Source of the DNA: Cyanophyceae cyanobacterium
GTDB taxonomy: Bacteria; Cyanobacteriota; Cyanobacteriia; Cyanobacteriales; JBHJGN01
Reading direction: 5' to 3'
Assembly: GCA_050331735.1 (NCBI GenBank)
Contig: JBHJGN010000049.1
Coordinates: 1 to 64,000 of the forward strand
Length of the DNA stretch: 64,000 bases
Shown: positions 30,704 through 39,912 of the stretch, in pieces
Position numbering within the stretch: position 1 is the first letter of the stretch
Layout of the letters: each line of letters starts with the position of its first letter
Position numbers and translations under genes: made by a program
The notes under the pieces: model-generated
The model's input: only the letters and a program-made list of their open reading frames with translations
The model's database searches: none
What the model was told of the DNA's origin: nothing

Positions 30704-32098
30704 ATGCCGCCAAGCGCCACTGCCCGAAACTATGAACGTAAAGAGCTAGACGTTAATTTAGCTCTGGTTTTAGCGATCGCCTCAGGAATGACGGTCGGGA
30801 TTTACGTCCTGCTCGTGCCCGCGAGAGAGTCCTATCTGGGAATACTGCTCTACGAACGGGGATTCACTCAGTACGTTGTTGTTTTCCTCGCCTGCTTGGT
30901 CATTGTTCTCAGTGCGCTAAAGTATTATAAACTTTCCAAAGAAGCTCGTATTCTGCGGCAAAGCTGGTTTCCCGATACCGTTTCCTTTAGTGAACCCAGT
31001 TCCCCACAGCTCCTCAACTTACAGAAGAATTTGGCCCTCAGCAAAAGCGTTATCGCCATTCGCTGTAGCCGCATTATCGCTGCCTATCGCCATTCCGGTA
31101 GTCGCCAAACGGCAGCCGATTTGGCCCTAGACGACTCCTCCTTTTACCTGAGCGCTTCCGAATCGTCCTATACCCTGCCGCGCGTTCTAGTCGGGATGAT
31201 TCCGATCCTCGGCTTCATTGGTACCGTCATCGGTATTACCCAGGCGGTGACAGGATTTTCTAGCTTTTTAGAAGAAGCGGGCGAAATCGAACAAATCAGA
31301 GCCGGAATTAGCACCGTTACCAGTGGATTGGCCACCGCTTTTGATACTACTCTGCTGGCTCTACTCCTGAGCGTTCTGGTCACGATTCCGCTTGCCATCG
31401 TCGAACGGCTTGAATCTCGCTTACTGCTGTCTATTGATATCTATATCAATGACCAAATTCTGCCGAGACTCAAAGTCAAATCCGACGAAGATACCGCAAC
31501 CGCAGCTACTGTCCATCAAGCGGTGAGCGAGGCGGTTCAAGAACATTTCCCAGCGCCAGAAGCGCTGATTGAACCAGCCCGCGAGTATGCTCAACAAGCC
31601 GCCAGGGAATTAGCCGCCAGCTTTGTCGCGGAAATTGGTAAAGTCCAGGAAGTCAGCGCCACTTTATTAGAGCAAATGAGTCAGGCCAATCAGCAGTCCT
31701 GGCAGGATCGCCAAGAATTTATGGGAGCGTTGGCTACGCAGCAGCAAACGACAAAAGATTTGGTGCTGGATGTTCAAAGCATCATGAATGAAGTGAAAGC
31801 GAGCTATGCTTCTATTTCTATTGAACTCACCGGTCAATCGGAACAGATTGGCGCTCAGCTCGAGAAAGCCGCCAACGCTCTCGAAACGCGCATTGCGGCT
31901 TTAGAGGCCAGTACGGCAAGAGTCGGAGAATTTGCCCAGCTTCAGCAGAATCTTGAGCAAAGTCTGCGCTCCTTAGAGCAGGCGGCACAGCTCGAACACG
32001 TTCTGGTGGAGGTCAGGAGCAGCTTAGCCCAGCTCAAGCCGGTGTTAGAACAGCTCAGCAAGCCTCGCCGAATCATGCTGATGGAAGACGAGAGGTAA
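30704..32098 (+). CDS. MotA/TolQ/ExbB-family proton channel protein with long C-terminal coiled-coil tail
   Basis: Four hydrophobic segments; signature 'PILGFIGTVIGI...GLATAFDTTLLAL'; last ~200 aa are Q/E/A/L-rich heptads. Confidence 0.85.
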   Translation: MPPSATARNYERKELDVNLALVLAIASGMTVGIYVLLVPARESYLGILLYERGFTQYVVVFLACLVIVLSALKYYKLSKEARILRQSWFPDTVSFSEPSSPQLLNLQKNLALSKSVIAIRCSRIIAAYRHSGSRQTAADLALDDSSFYLSASESSYTLPRVLVGMIPILGFIGTVIGITQAVTGFSSFLEEAGEIEQIRAGISTVTSGLATAFDTTLLALLLSVLVTIPLAIVERLESRLLLSIDIYINDQILPRLKVKSDEDTATAATVHQAVSEAVQEHFPAPEALIEPAREYAQQAARELAASFVAEIGKVQEVSATLLEQMSQANQQSWQDRQEFMGALATQQQTTKDLVLDVQSIMNEVKASYASISIELTGQSEQIGAQLEKAANALETRIAALEASTARVGEFAQLQQNLEQSLRSLEQAAQLEHVLVEVRSSLAQLKPVLEQLSKPRRIMLMEDER

Positions 32099-32102
32099 AC
32101 CA

Positions 32103-32558
32103 ATGCGGAGGCAACGGATATCTCGACCGGCCACTCGAATAGACCTATTTCCGTTTCTGTCAATTCTGGCCTGTACGATTGGCACCCTCATTCTGCTCAT
32201 TATTGTGATTACCACTCAAACCTTTGGCAGCTCTCGCGAAGTTACCATCGTTGCTGAGAGCGAGTCAGGGGTTAACCAAACAAAATCTCCGCGGTATATT
32301 GAGTGCCGCGAGGATGGCGTGGTGCTTCATCCGAGTCTAGAGTTTGTGCCCCAGGAACAGATCGACCAGCCTAACTCAGCCCTGACCGAGTTAATTGTTG
32401 AAGTCAGCAACAACCGCGACTCTGAGTACCTAATTGTTGCTGTTCGTCCTGACGGCATTGAGGTGTTTCAAGAAGTAAGAGAGCTGATCGAGCAACAAGG
32501 CATTGACATTGGCTACGAACCCATCGACCAAAACTGGAAGCTCAAAATTCAGGAATAG
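32103..32558 (+). CDS. ExbD/TolR-like single-pass membrane protein (channel Asp replaced by Ser)
   Basis: Basic N-terminus, 'IDLFPFLSILACTIGTLILLII' TM, C-terminal 'YLIVAVRPDG...IGYEP'; 4 nt after the MotA-like gene. Confidence 0.7.
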   Translation: MRRQRISRPATRIDLFPFLSILACTIGTLILLIIVITTQTFGSSREVTIVAESESGVNQTKSPRYIECREDGVVLHPSLEFVPQEQIDQPNSALTELIVEVSNNRDSEYLIVAVRPDGIEVFQEVRELIEQQGIDIGYEPIDQNWKLKIQE

Positions 32559-32575
32559 AGCCGCAGGAGAGACCC

Positions 32576-33280
32576 GTGAGAAGAAGACGACAGCGACAAA
32601 CAATTTATCCCAGCCAGAACCTAGACTCGTTTTTAGATATTCTCACCAATACAGTTGGGGTACTAATGTTTATCGGTCTGTTCGTCGCCCTGGTTTCTGC
32701 GGAAGCTGGCAATATTATTCAAACGCCGCTCGTGACGAATAGCGCTAAATTTCCGCATTTTTTTGAGGTGAGAGATGACCAGGTTGTCTATGTCGATCAT
32801 CAAACAATCGATCAACAGGTCGATCGATTGCTAGCCTCTTTGCCTGCCTGTCGCCGGCCTGAAGATACTTTCTCAGATGCAGATTCGTATTTCTACGAAT
32901 ACTATATTCAGCAAATGCAGCAGTATAATAACTGCCTGCAAAACAAGATAGAACAGCTAGAAACGATTCGGTTTGAAACCGCTCACTACCGGGTCAAGTT
33001 TGTCAATCTCGATTCATTACTGTACGAGCCAATAGAGTCAGCCCCAGGAGAAACTCCCGAAGAGCTGTCTCAAAAGGGTTCAGAGTTTAGCACGATTTTG
33101 AAGCAGCTAGATCCGATCAATGATTATCTAGCGTTTGTGGTGAGGCCCGATAGTTTTGATGCGTTTAGAAAAGCGAGAGCCCAGGCTAGACGAGCTGGGT
33201 TTGAAGTTGGCTGGGAGCCGTATCAAGAGGAAACTCCGATTGTCTTTGGCTCTGGTGGTCGCTCGATTGGAGTCCAGTAA
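32576..33280 (+). CDS. ExbD/TolR-like single-pass membrane protein (channel Asp retained)
   Basis: GTG start after AGGAG; 'NLDSFLDILTNTVGVLMFIGL' TM; C-terminal 'YLAFVVRPDS...VGWEP' paralogous to the preceding gene. Confidence 0.7.
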   Translation: MRRRRQRQTIYPSQNLDSFLDILTNTVGVLMFIGLFVALVSAEAGNIIQTPLVTNSAKFPHFFEVRDDQVVYVDHQTIDQQVDRLLASLPACRRPEDTFSDADSYFYEYYIQQMQQYNNCLQNKIEQLETIRFETAHYRVKFVNLDSLLYEPIESAPGETPEELSQKGSEFSTILKQLDPINDYLAFVVRPDSFDAFRKARAQARRAGFEVGWEPYQEETPIVFGSGGRSIGVQ

Positions 33281-33366
33281 AGCAGTAACCAGCAACCAGT
33301 GGATTAGAGCAACTAATTGGGTCACTGGTAATGAAGCACAGTCGCTGGACACTCAGCACTACTAGC

Positions 33367-34146
33367 TTATTCCTCAATGCTGACTCGCTGTGTCACAATC
33401 GTCATGCCGTCTGCTCGGACTAAAACCGCTGACAGCCAGCGATCGCCAGGTTCGTCCGGGGCGTTGACAAGCTTAAAAATGCCTCCGGCAGGCAGAATAT
33501 CTAACTCTAGAGTGCTGGGGTCGAAGTAGCGATCGCTCGCCGTTAGTTCCTCGGTAGCGGCTCCGAGGAGGACATCGTTCCCCAACGGTTTGTCCACAAT
33601 GACATCAAAATTAAACTGCTCTCCCGACTGCACTTGCTCGGGGAGGTTGACCCAGACCTGCGGCGGGTTGTCCCCAGAAGATAGCTGCGTCTGCTCTGCC
33701 AAAGTTTCCTGCCGGACGAGCTTGAGGTCTCTAAAGTACTGGCGCGAGCGAATCGTCGAATCGAGCCGGGTGCTTCTCCCGTTGCTATTGCCCGTGCCGC
33801 GAATCACCGTCACGGTGTCTGCCACCAACTCATTTCCTTCCCGTTCCCAGGACTGAAGCTCGGTGGTATAGGTCAAGTCAGGGTAACGCTCCCAAAGCTG
33901 GGTAAGGGCTTGAAATAGAGCAGAGCTGCTCATGCCTTCGGCGGTGGTAAAATTCGGACTGTAGAACCCGCCAATCGCCTCGACATCCTGGCTATTGGCG
34001 GCAGCTTCGAGTTGAGCGATGGTCTGCTGCAGTTCTTCAGGAGCCGTCTGGGGAGGCTCAGCGACAGCAACGCTACACGATAACGAGGCTCCTAAGCCCA
34101 AGCAAAACAGCTTGAGCTTAGAAAATTTGGAAGTGGCATTACGCAT
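33367..34146 (-). CDS. Secreted NTF2/SnoaL-like fold protein
   Basis: Signal peptide; 'AANSQD..IGGFYSPNF..EG' pattern typical of NTF2-like domains. Confidence 0.65.
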   Translation of the reverse strand: MRNATSKFSKLKLFCLGLGASLSCSVAVAEPPQTAPEELQQTIAQLEAAANSQDVEAIGGFYSPNFTTAEGMSSSALFQALTQLWERYPDLTYTTELQSWEREGNELVADTVTVIRGTGNSNGRSTRLDSTIRSRQYFRDLKLVRQETLAEQTQLSSGDNPPQVWVNLPEQVQSGEQFNFDVIVDKPLGNDVLLGAATEELTASDRYFDPSTLELDILPAGGIFKLVNAPDEPGDRWLSAVLVRADGMTIVTQRVSIEE

Positions 34147-34240
34147 TAGTGGTAGTTTGAATAACTGCTAGTCTATTGTTGACATAAGAAGGCTAGTATC
34201 TACCTATTCTAAACCCAGACCCAATCATTCTTAGTGCATA

Positions 34241-35311
34241 ATGCGACTACTCATTGCCGCGAGCGGAACTGGCGGTCACCTATTTCCGGCCCTGGCCCTG
34301 GCTCAACAACTAGACGATTCGATCGAATGGCTTGGCGTTCCTGACCGTTTGGAACAAACTCTCGTTCCGGAGTGCTACCCGCTGCATACTGTCCCCGTTG
34401 AAGGGTTGCAGACGCGGCTAAGCTTCGGTGCTTTGCCAGTCTTCTGGCGGTTTTTGACCTCAATTTTTAAAGTCCGTCAGCTTCTCAAAGACCGAAAAAT
34501 TGATGCGGTATTGACGACAGGAGGGTACATCGCCGGTCCGGCTATTCTGGCGGCTCGCCTAGAGCGGATTCCGGTCGTGCTGCACGAATCTAACTTCATT
34601 CCTGGCAAAATGACGCGCCTGTTTGGTTCTCTCTGTAGTGCGATCGCTCTCGGCTTTGCCGGAACCGCTCAGTATCTGAAAAATTCCCACACCGTTTGGG
34701 TGGGAACTCCGGTGCGCTCTCAGTTTTTAAGTCAGTCTTCTCTAGAGCTACCCGTGCCTACAGAGGTGCCTTTGATTGTCGTCGTTGGCGGTTCCCAAGG
34801 AGCGCTTGCCGTCAATCAGTTGGTGCGGCAGTGTGCCCCGGCGTGGTTTGCAGCCGGAGCATGGGTCGTCCATTTAACCGGAGAGAATGACCCCGAGGCC
34901 AAGAGTCTGCAACATCGGCAGTATTTATCGATGCCTTTTTATCACCAGATGGCCGGTCTGCTCCAGAGAGCCGATTTAGCCATTAGTCGGGCGGGTGCGG
35001 GAACCTTAACCGAATTGGCGGTGACGCAAACGCCTGCTATTCTAATTCCCTATCCATTTGCCGCAGAAGACCATCAGGCTTATAATGCTCAGGTTTTTGC
35101 CGACGCCGGAGCGGCGCTGATGTATCGCCAGGAGCAACTGACCCCAGAACTGCTAACCAGAAAGGTGTTAGAGCTGCTGCCAGCGCAGGACACCCCAGGA
35201 GATGCTCCTCATCAGCTACAGACAATGGCTCAAAAAGCTGCTTCGCTTGCTGTAACAGATAGTGCTCAACAGTTAGCGACGCTAGTGCGTCAAACTGTTG
35301 AGCAGGGCTGA
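34241..35311 (+). CDS. murG: Undecaprenyl-PP-MurNAc-pentapeptide GlcNAc transferase
   Basis: 'GTGGHLFP', 'GGYIAGP', 'HESN..PG', 'GGSQGA', 'SRAGAGTLTE', 'DHQAYNA'. Confidence 0.97.
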   Translation: MRLLIAASGTGGHLFPALALAQQLDDSIEWLGVPDRLEQTLVPECYPLHTVPVEGLQTRLSFGALPVFWRFLTSIFKVRQLLKDRKIDAVLTTGGYIAGPAILAARLERIPVVLHESNFIPGKMTRLFGSLCSAIALGFAGTAQYLKNSHTVWVGTPVRSQFLSQSSLELPVPTEVPLIVVVGGSQGALAVNQLVRQCAPAWFAAGAWVVHLTGENDPEAKSLQHRQYLSMPFYHQMAGLLQRADLAISRAGAGTLTELAVTQTPAILIPYPFAAEDHQAYNAQVFADAGAALMYRQEQLTPELLTRKVLELLPAQDTPGDAPHQLQTMAQKAASLAVTDSAQQLATLVRQTVEQG

Positions 35312-35346
35312 AGGAAAGAGAAATGTTGAAAAAGGGCTAGGTCTGA

Positions 35347-37362
35347 TTATTCATAGGCTTTGACAGAGGCTGACAGTTTCTGTCGCTGTCGCTTGAGCAT
35401 GGTACTGATGCCAAAACCAGCGAGCATCAGCAGACTAACAACCGCCGAAGGTTCGGGAACAGTAGTGGGTTGAGGGTCAGAAGGATAAGGGTTGTCCACT
35501 AAGTTTGTCAACCCAGAACCATCGGCTTCTACCCCAATTTCAGCGATAAAATCCTGGAAATAGCTGTCTAGAAAGTCTGCCATTTCCTCATCAGCGGGGG
35601 AGCGATCGCTCGGACTATCTGGCACGACCTCTAAGTTATTTAAGGTTGTCCCTGAACCGCTAAACTCTTGTAATTCCCCGGATGCAGCGTCTAGTTTCGT
35701 TAACCAAGTATCAAAAGACCCGACGTTCGTTGCTCCTAAAGATCCCCCGGTGATTCCGGTCGCGTATAGGTTGCCAGCGTTGTCTGCCGTAATGCCGTAG
35801 GCTTGCTCCAGTTCAGCCGTGCCAAACTGCTGGATCCAAGCCTGATTGCCATCGGTATCAAAGAGAGTCGCCCAAGCATCGAAAGAGCCAGCATTGTCTC
35901 CCTCTAAGCTACTGTTGGTATAGCCGGTGAGGAAAATATTGTCGTCGGCATCGATGAACAGGTCAAAGGGTTCGTCGTCGCCGGAAGTGCCAAACTGTTG
36001 AATCCACTGCTGGTTTCCCAACTCGTCATACTTAATCAGCCAGACATCATAGGAGCCAGCATTATCGCCCCCTAAGTTGCCCAAAGTCCAGCCGGTCGCA
36101 TAGACGTTCCCTTCGCTGTCGGTATCCACTCCCCAGGCCCACTCGTAATCCGTCGTACCGAACTGCTGAATCCAGTTTAAGTTGCCATCGTTATCTAGCT
36201 GAGACACCCAGGTATCGTAGAGTCCGGCGTTTTCTCCTTCTAGGTCGCCATAGGTCCAGCCAGTGGCATAAACATTACCATCGCTACCAACCGTCACTCC
36301 ATAGGATTCGTCGTAGTCTTCGACCCCAGGCACATCAGGAGTTCCAAAGAGGGTCAGCCACTGGCGGTTGCCGTTGGTGTCATATTTGGCGACGATAACA
36401 TCGTCGGTGGCAATATCTGCCGACGCTTCAACCCTTGTTCCCGAGACGTAGGCATTGCCCTCCTGGTCAACGTCAATGCTAAAGGTTTGCTCAATGACTT
36501 CTTCCCCAAACTGCTCTAGCCACTGCTGATTGCCATCGCCGTCGAATTTACCGATCCAGGCATCGTAGACTTCGGCTTGCCGGGGGCTGGCCAACTCGCC
36601 TTGGGTAATTCCGGTGAGAAAGAAGTTGCCTTGGTCGTCGGTGGCAATGTCGTAAGCGGTGTCGAAGCGGGAACTCCCAAACTGTTTCGCCCAAAGCTGA
36701 TTGCCTTGGTTATCGTATTTAGCAACCAGCACATCCCGCAGCCCAGAGTTTTCTTCGACTGCACCATTTGTCCCTCCTGCTATATAAATATTGCCTTCGG
36801 GATCGGTTGCCGTACCGAGACTGAGATCGTAATCTGTTGACCCTAATTGCTGCGCCTGATTCAAGACTGGTCCGGGGGGGGGAGACTCTCCTTCATATTG
36901 AAAGGAGTTACTCTCCAGGTCGAGATTAGACCCTCCGAGAATAAAGCCGACCACATCAGGGACATCCTGTTGCAGATATACGGCTGAACCGACTCCAACC
37001 TCTAAAAGTTGGTAATTATTTGAAGTTCCATGAAGCTCAACGGTATCCTCTCCGGCATTAAAGTCGGCAATAAAACCAAAGTTGTTTAAACCAAAGCTGT
37101 CTGGATTCCCGTTCGCGTAATAGGGTTGGGTCCAGTCACCAAGGACAAACGTATCATTCCAGGTTCGGAAAGCCGGGTCTTCAAAAGCAAGGTCGCCGAG
37201 GAAAATATCTACCTGGAGCTCGTTGGGATTAGCAGGCATAGATTGCTCGCCGAGAAAGGTGTCGTTACCAGTTCGACCGTAGATAATTTGACTAGGCACA
37301 AAGCCTGCGGCCACGTCGCTACCTGGATTGTAGGTTTGGACGGTAAATAGTTCTTCTTCCAT
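35347..37362 (-). CDS. CylK/BrtB-like alkyl-halide-using alkylating enzyme (RTX-like N-domain + seven-blade SBBP beta-propeller) with C-terminal PEP-CTERM
   Basis: N-domain 'IIYGRTGNDTFLG..DIFLGD..WNDTFVLGDWTQPYY..DFNAGEDTVELHG' resembles the CylK N-domain as recalled; seven 'GNxYxxGxT..DxWxxKxDxxGNQxWxxQFG' repeats; 'VPEP'-TM-basic tail; AAGGAG RBS; located beside a CylC-type halogenase cluster. Confidence 0.8.
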   Translation of the reverse strand: MEEELFTVQTYNPGSDVAAGFVPSQIIYGRTGNDTFLGEQSMPANPNELQVDIFLGDLAFEDPAFRTWNDTFVLGDWTQPYYANGNPDSFGLNNFGFIADFNAGEDTVELHGTSNNYQLLEVGVGSAVYLQQDVPDVVGFILGGSNLDLESNSFQYEGESPPPGPVLNQAQQLGSTDYDLSLGTATDPEGNIYIAGGTNGAVEENSGLRDVLVAKYDNQGNQLWAKQFGSSRFDTAYDIATDDQGNFFLTGITQGELASPRQAEVYDAWIGKFDGDGNQQWLEQFGEEVIEQTFSIDVDQEGNAYVSGTRVEASADIATDDVIVAKYDTNGNRQWLTLFGTPDVPGVEDYDESYGVTVGSDGNVYATGWTYGDLEGENAGLYDTWVSQLDNDGNLNWIQQFGTTDYEWAWGVDTDSEGNVYATGWTLGNLGGDNAGSYDVWLIKYDELGNQQWIQQFGTSGDDEPFDLFIDADDNIFLTGYTNSSLEGDNAGSFDAWATLFDTDGNQAWIQQFGTAELEQAYGITADNAGNLYATGITGGSLGATNVGSFDTWLTKLDAASGELQEFSGSGTTLNNLEVVPDSPSDRSPADEEMADFLDSYFQDFIAEIGVEADGSGLTNLVDNPYPSDPQPTTVPEPSAVVSLLMLAGFGISTMLKRQRQKLSASVKAYE

Positions 37363-38209
37363 CTTTCGCTCCTTCGTTTAAATCTGATTAAGAAAAGTCG
37401 GTATTTTGGCCAAAAAAATGGGATGAGGCGCTTTTGTGTGGTTTGCTCTTTTAAGCAAAGCCTTAATAATGTTTCAAATAACCACAGCAAACTTATCCTG
37501 CTTCTCCCCTGAAGCAAATACGCATGGATGCGTTGGTAGCAATCGAAGCTACGGGTGTTGCTGAAGTCGGTTCGTGCCTCGTTAAGAGTCAGCGCGCTTC
37601 TATATATAGTGCTATCTTGAAGTCTTCTTCGCCGTTGGTATCTTCGCGTACAGTCACCAGGGCGGCGATCGCTTTTACTAGTAGAATCAAACTAAGCAGC
37701 GAGCAGCTTAACTGCTAGTTCCGTTAAGCTCAAGCGCTTGAGAATTAGCGGCTCCGGTATCAGGCGAAACTGGTTTCTACTATTGCTTACTATCCGCTTA
37801 TTTAAGCAAGACTAAACTAGCGCCGAATTGCCTAAAAAGACTGGCTCCTTTAGCGTTTTATCAGCACGTCAGCACTAGTGATGGTGTTTCTAACGACTTG
37901 AAGCCAACCTTTAGCTGTTGCCGGACAAAAAAGGTGAAAGAAAGCAGATTAAGCATGATGTTTTTCTCCTGTAATATTGCATTCGCAGGGTGTTTTTGAA
38001 ATCCTCAACGAATGGAAATGCAATCTACAGTATTCATAACTTCTATCTCGCTCAGCGCACAAGTCGCTTTTGTCAGGTAGTTGTTTTTGTTTAGCTTGTT
38101 TATACTACTCTATTTATGCGACTTGCCTCTTCAGAGCTTCGCGATAAACTAACAATTACACTGAATTTTTTTTCACGCTGACTGTCGATTACACTCAAAT
38201 TTTTCTTAG

Positions 38210-39085
38210 ATGAATAATTACTCTCAACATTCTCGTTTGAGCTGCGTTCTCGATCCTGCCCTCGGTTTGTCCCGCTTTGGGGTTTATCTGGTGGAAAACC
38301 TGGGAGAAACGATGGAATTATGGGTGGGACGAGAATTTTGGAACGTGATTGGCAATCCTAATTTTTACCAACAACGACCAGAGTTAGTGCTTCCCAAAAA
38401 AGCTTTTTCTCAAACTACCCATGAAGAATGTGCTGCTATAGAAGAAACGTTATGGTCTCTTCAGCAGTGGGAAAAACTCAAAAAGAAAACTGATCTGGCA
38501 AGGCTTAATTTGCACTGGATTGGAGATAGTCTACAAGAATCGTATTTGCCTAAAAATATTGCTCTAGAAATATTTTGGCGCTGGGAATTTTTAGCGCGAT
38601 CGCTCGATGCTGAACTGAGCCACCATACTGATGAAGTCATGTCTCTTGCTTTTCGAGATACGGCAGCACTTGCTGCCAGTTTGGGGCCTGCATTCGTGTT
38701 AACCTACCAATCCCCGGAGAACGTGGCTCATAACACGCCCCCGGATATTTGCGTTGCTCTAGAAAACTGGGGCATTCCTTGCCATGCTCTTACCCAGGAG
38801 CAAACGATGATTGAAGAGCGAAATTATTTTCGCCAAATTCTGATTCGGAGTGGTTTGACTAAACTTTTTTGGACAAATCTGCACTTTATCGTTTTACATT
38901 TTGTTGCCCCTGCTGTATCTGCCTATTCCGGCTTCAGAGAGGATGAGCCAATTCAAGTATCTACTAATATTTCTACTAGCAAACCTGAGCGAACACTTAT
39001 ATCCCCAGACGAACTTCTCAAGAATCTAGAGTCAAAAAAATATTCTTGGCAGAACATTGAAGCATTTTGGTATCCGTTATCGTGA
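38210..39085 (+). CDS. Hypothetical protein, possibly a degenerate PIN-like fold
   Basis: 291-aa ORF; 'SCVLDP', 'LWVGREFW', 'RDTAALAASL', 'FVLTYQ' spacing resembles PIN-domain elements. Confidence 0.7.
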   Translation: MNNYSQHSRLSCVLDPALGLSRFGVYLVENLGETMELWVGREFWNVIGNPNFYQQRPELVLPKKAFSQTTHEECAAIEETLWSLQQWEKLKKKTDLARLNLHWIGDSLQESYLPKNIALEIFWRWEFLARSLDAELSHHTDEVMSLAFRDTAALAASLGPAFVLTYQSPENVAHNTPPDICVALENWGIPCHALTQEQTMIEERNYFRQILIRSGLTKLFWTNLHFIVLHFVAPAVSAYSGFREDEPIQVSTNISTSKPERTLISPDELLKNLESKKYSWQNIEAFWYPLS

Positions 39086-39376
39086 AGAGTCGCGTTCTTA
39101 GCGCATCGATTTAGCTATGTAAATGTAGCGATTAGGTTGTGTTTAATGGAAATAAACAGCTACTAAAGCCTAGTTATTAATAATAGCAAATGATAAACTA
39201 GTTTCACAAATGCAATTGCTTTAAATTAATTGTTTTACAATTTTTCTTACCTCTTCAGTTTTTCAAAACAAAGCCATACTTTTCTCAGGTATTTATCTTA
39301 CTAAAATAGAAATGACAATGCTATTTTTTAGGTAAAATATGTTTAAACTCCGTGCAAAGTTTTTTAGAAATTATGC

Positions 39377-39883
39377 TTGTCTACTTTGTTTAATGCCATG
39401 AATGATTCATCCAGTCGAGACACTGCTTGTTTAAAATCGGCGGCTCAACTTTCAAGATCGAGAATTGTTGACGGTTTCCAGGTTGAAGACTCCCGATTTT
39501 TAATTGTCTCCTGCCAGGATATTCCAGAACAACATCAACATATTAGAACTATCGTTTTTGATGATTCTGCTTGTTGTGCGGTGGTCGATCGTCTTGAAAT
39601 TGGCAAAAAACATTATTTAGTTGTAGAGGCACAAATAGACTTCGTCCATAATTACTCTAATCTTTCTGAGCTTTTGACAGACAGAGAGTTGCAGATTGTT
39701 GCCTTTGTTGCTCTAGGATGGTCTAACAAGCAGATCGCTAAACGGCTAGAGATTAGCGAGTGGACTGTTTCTACTCACTTACGGCGGACTTTCATTAAGC
39801 TTAATGTAGATAGTCGTGCTGCAATGGTGTATCGCTGTGCTCCTCTTATTCAGGGAATATTGCAAGAACAAGCAGTGTATTAA
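39377..39883 (+). CDS. LuxR-family HTH transcriptional regulator without a receiver domain
   Basis: C-terminal 'LTDRELQIVAFVALGWSNKQIAKRLEISEWTVSTHLRRTFIKLNV'; start may be ATG 39398. Confidence 0.88.
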   Translation: MSTLFNAMNDSSSRDTACLKSAAQLSRSRIVDGFQVEDSRFLIVSCQDIPEQHQHIRTIVFDDSACCAVVDRLEIGKKHYLVVEAQIDFVHNYSNLSELLTDRELQIVAFVALGWSNKQIAKRLEISEWTVSTHLRRTFIKLNVDSRAAMVYRCAPLIQGILQEQAVY

Positions 39884-39912
39884 AGAATACTCGCAATTCT
39901 TTAATACACTGC
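39872..39912. terminator. Perfect 17-bp inverted repeat over the luxR stop codon; probable terminator between the convergent luxR and methyltransferase genes
   Basis: GCAGTGTATTAAAGAAT (39872-39888), 7-nt loop, ATTCTTTAATACACTGC (39896-39912). Confidence 0.7.

Noticed and set aside
30704..33280. Zorya anti-phage system (ZorA-like tail)
   Set aside because: Neither partner has an OmpA-like peptidoglycan-binding domain, no helicase or nuclease effector is adjacent, and the context is housekeeping; kept only as an orphan motor
33281..33365. Short 7-nt-like repeats in intergenic regions (also near 29690-29735, 55260-55282, 59275-59295, 62771-62795) as a CRISPR array
   Set aside because: Degenerate heptamer repeats typical of cyanobacterial intergenic DNA; no constant repeat-spacer period and no cas genes
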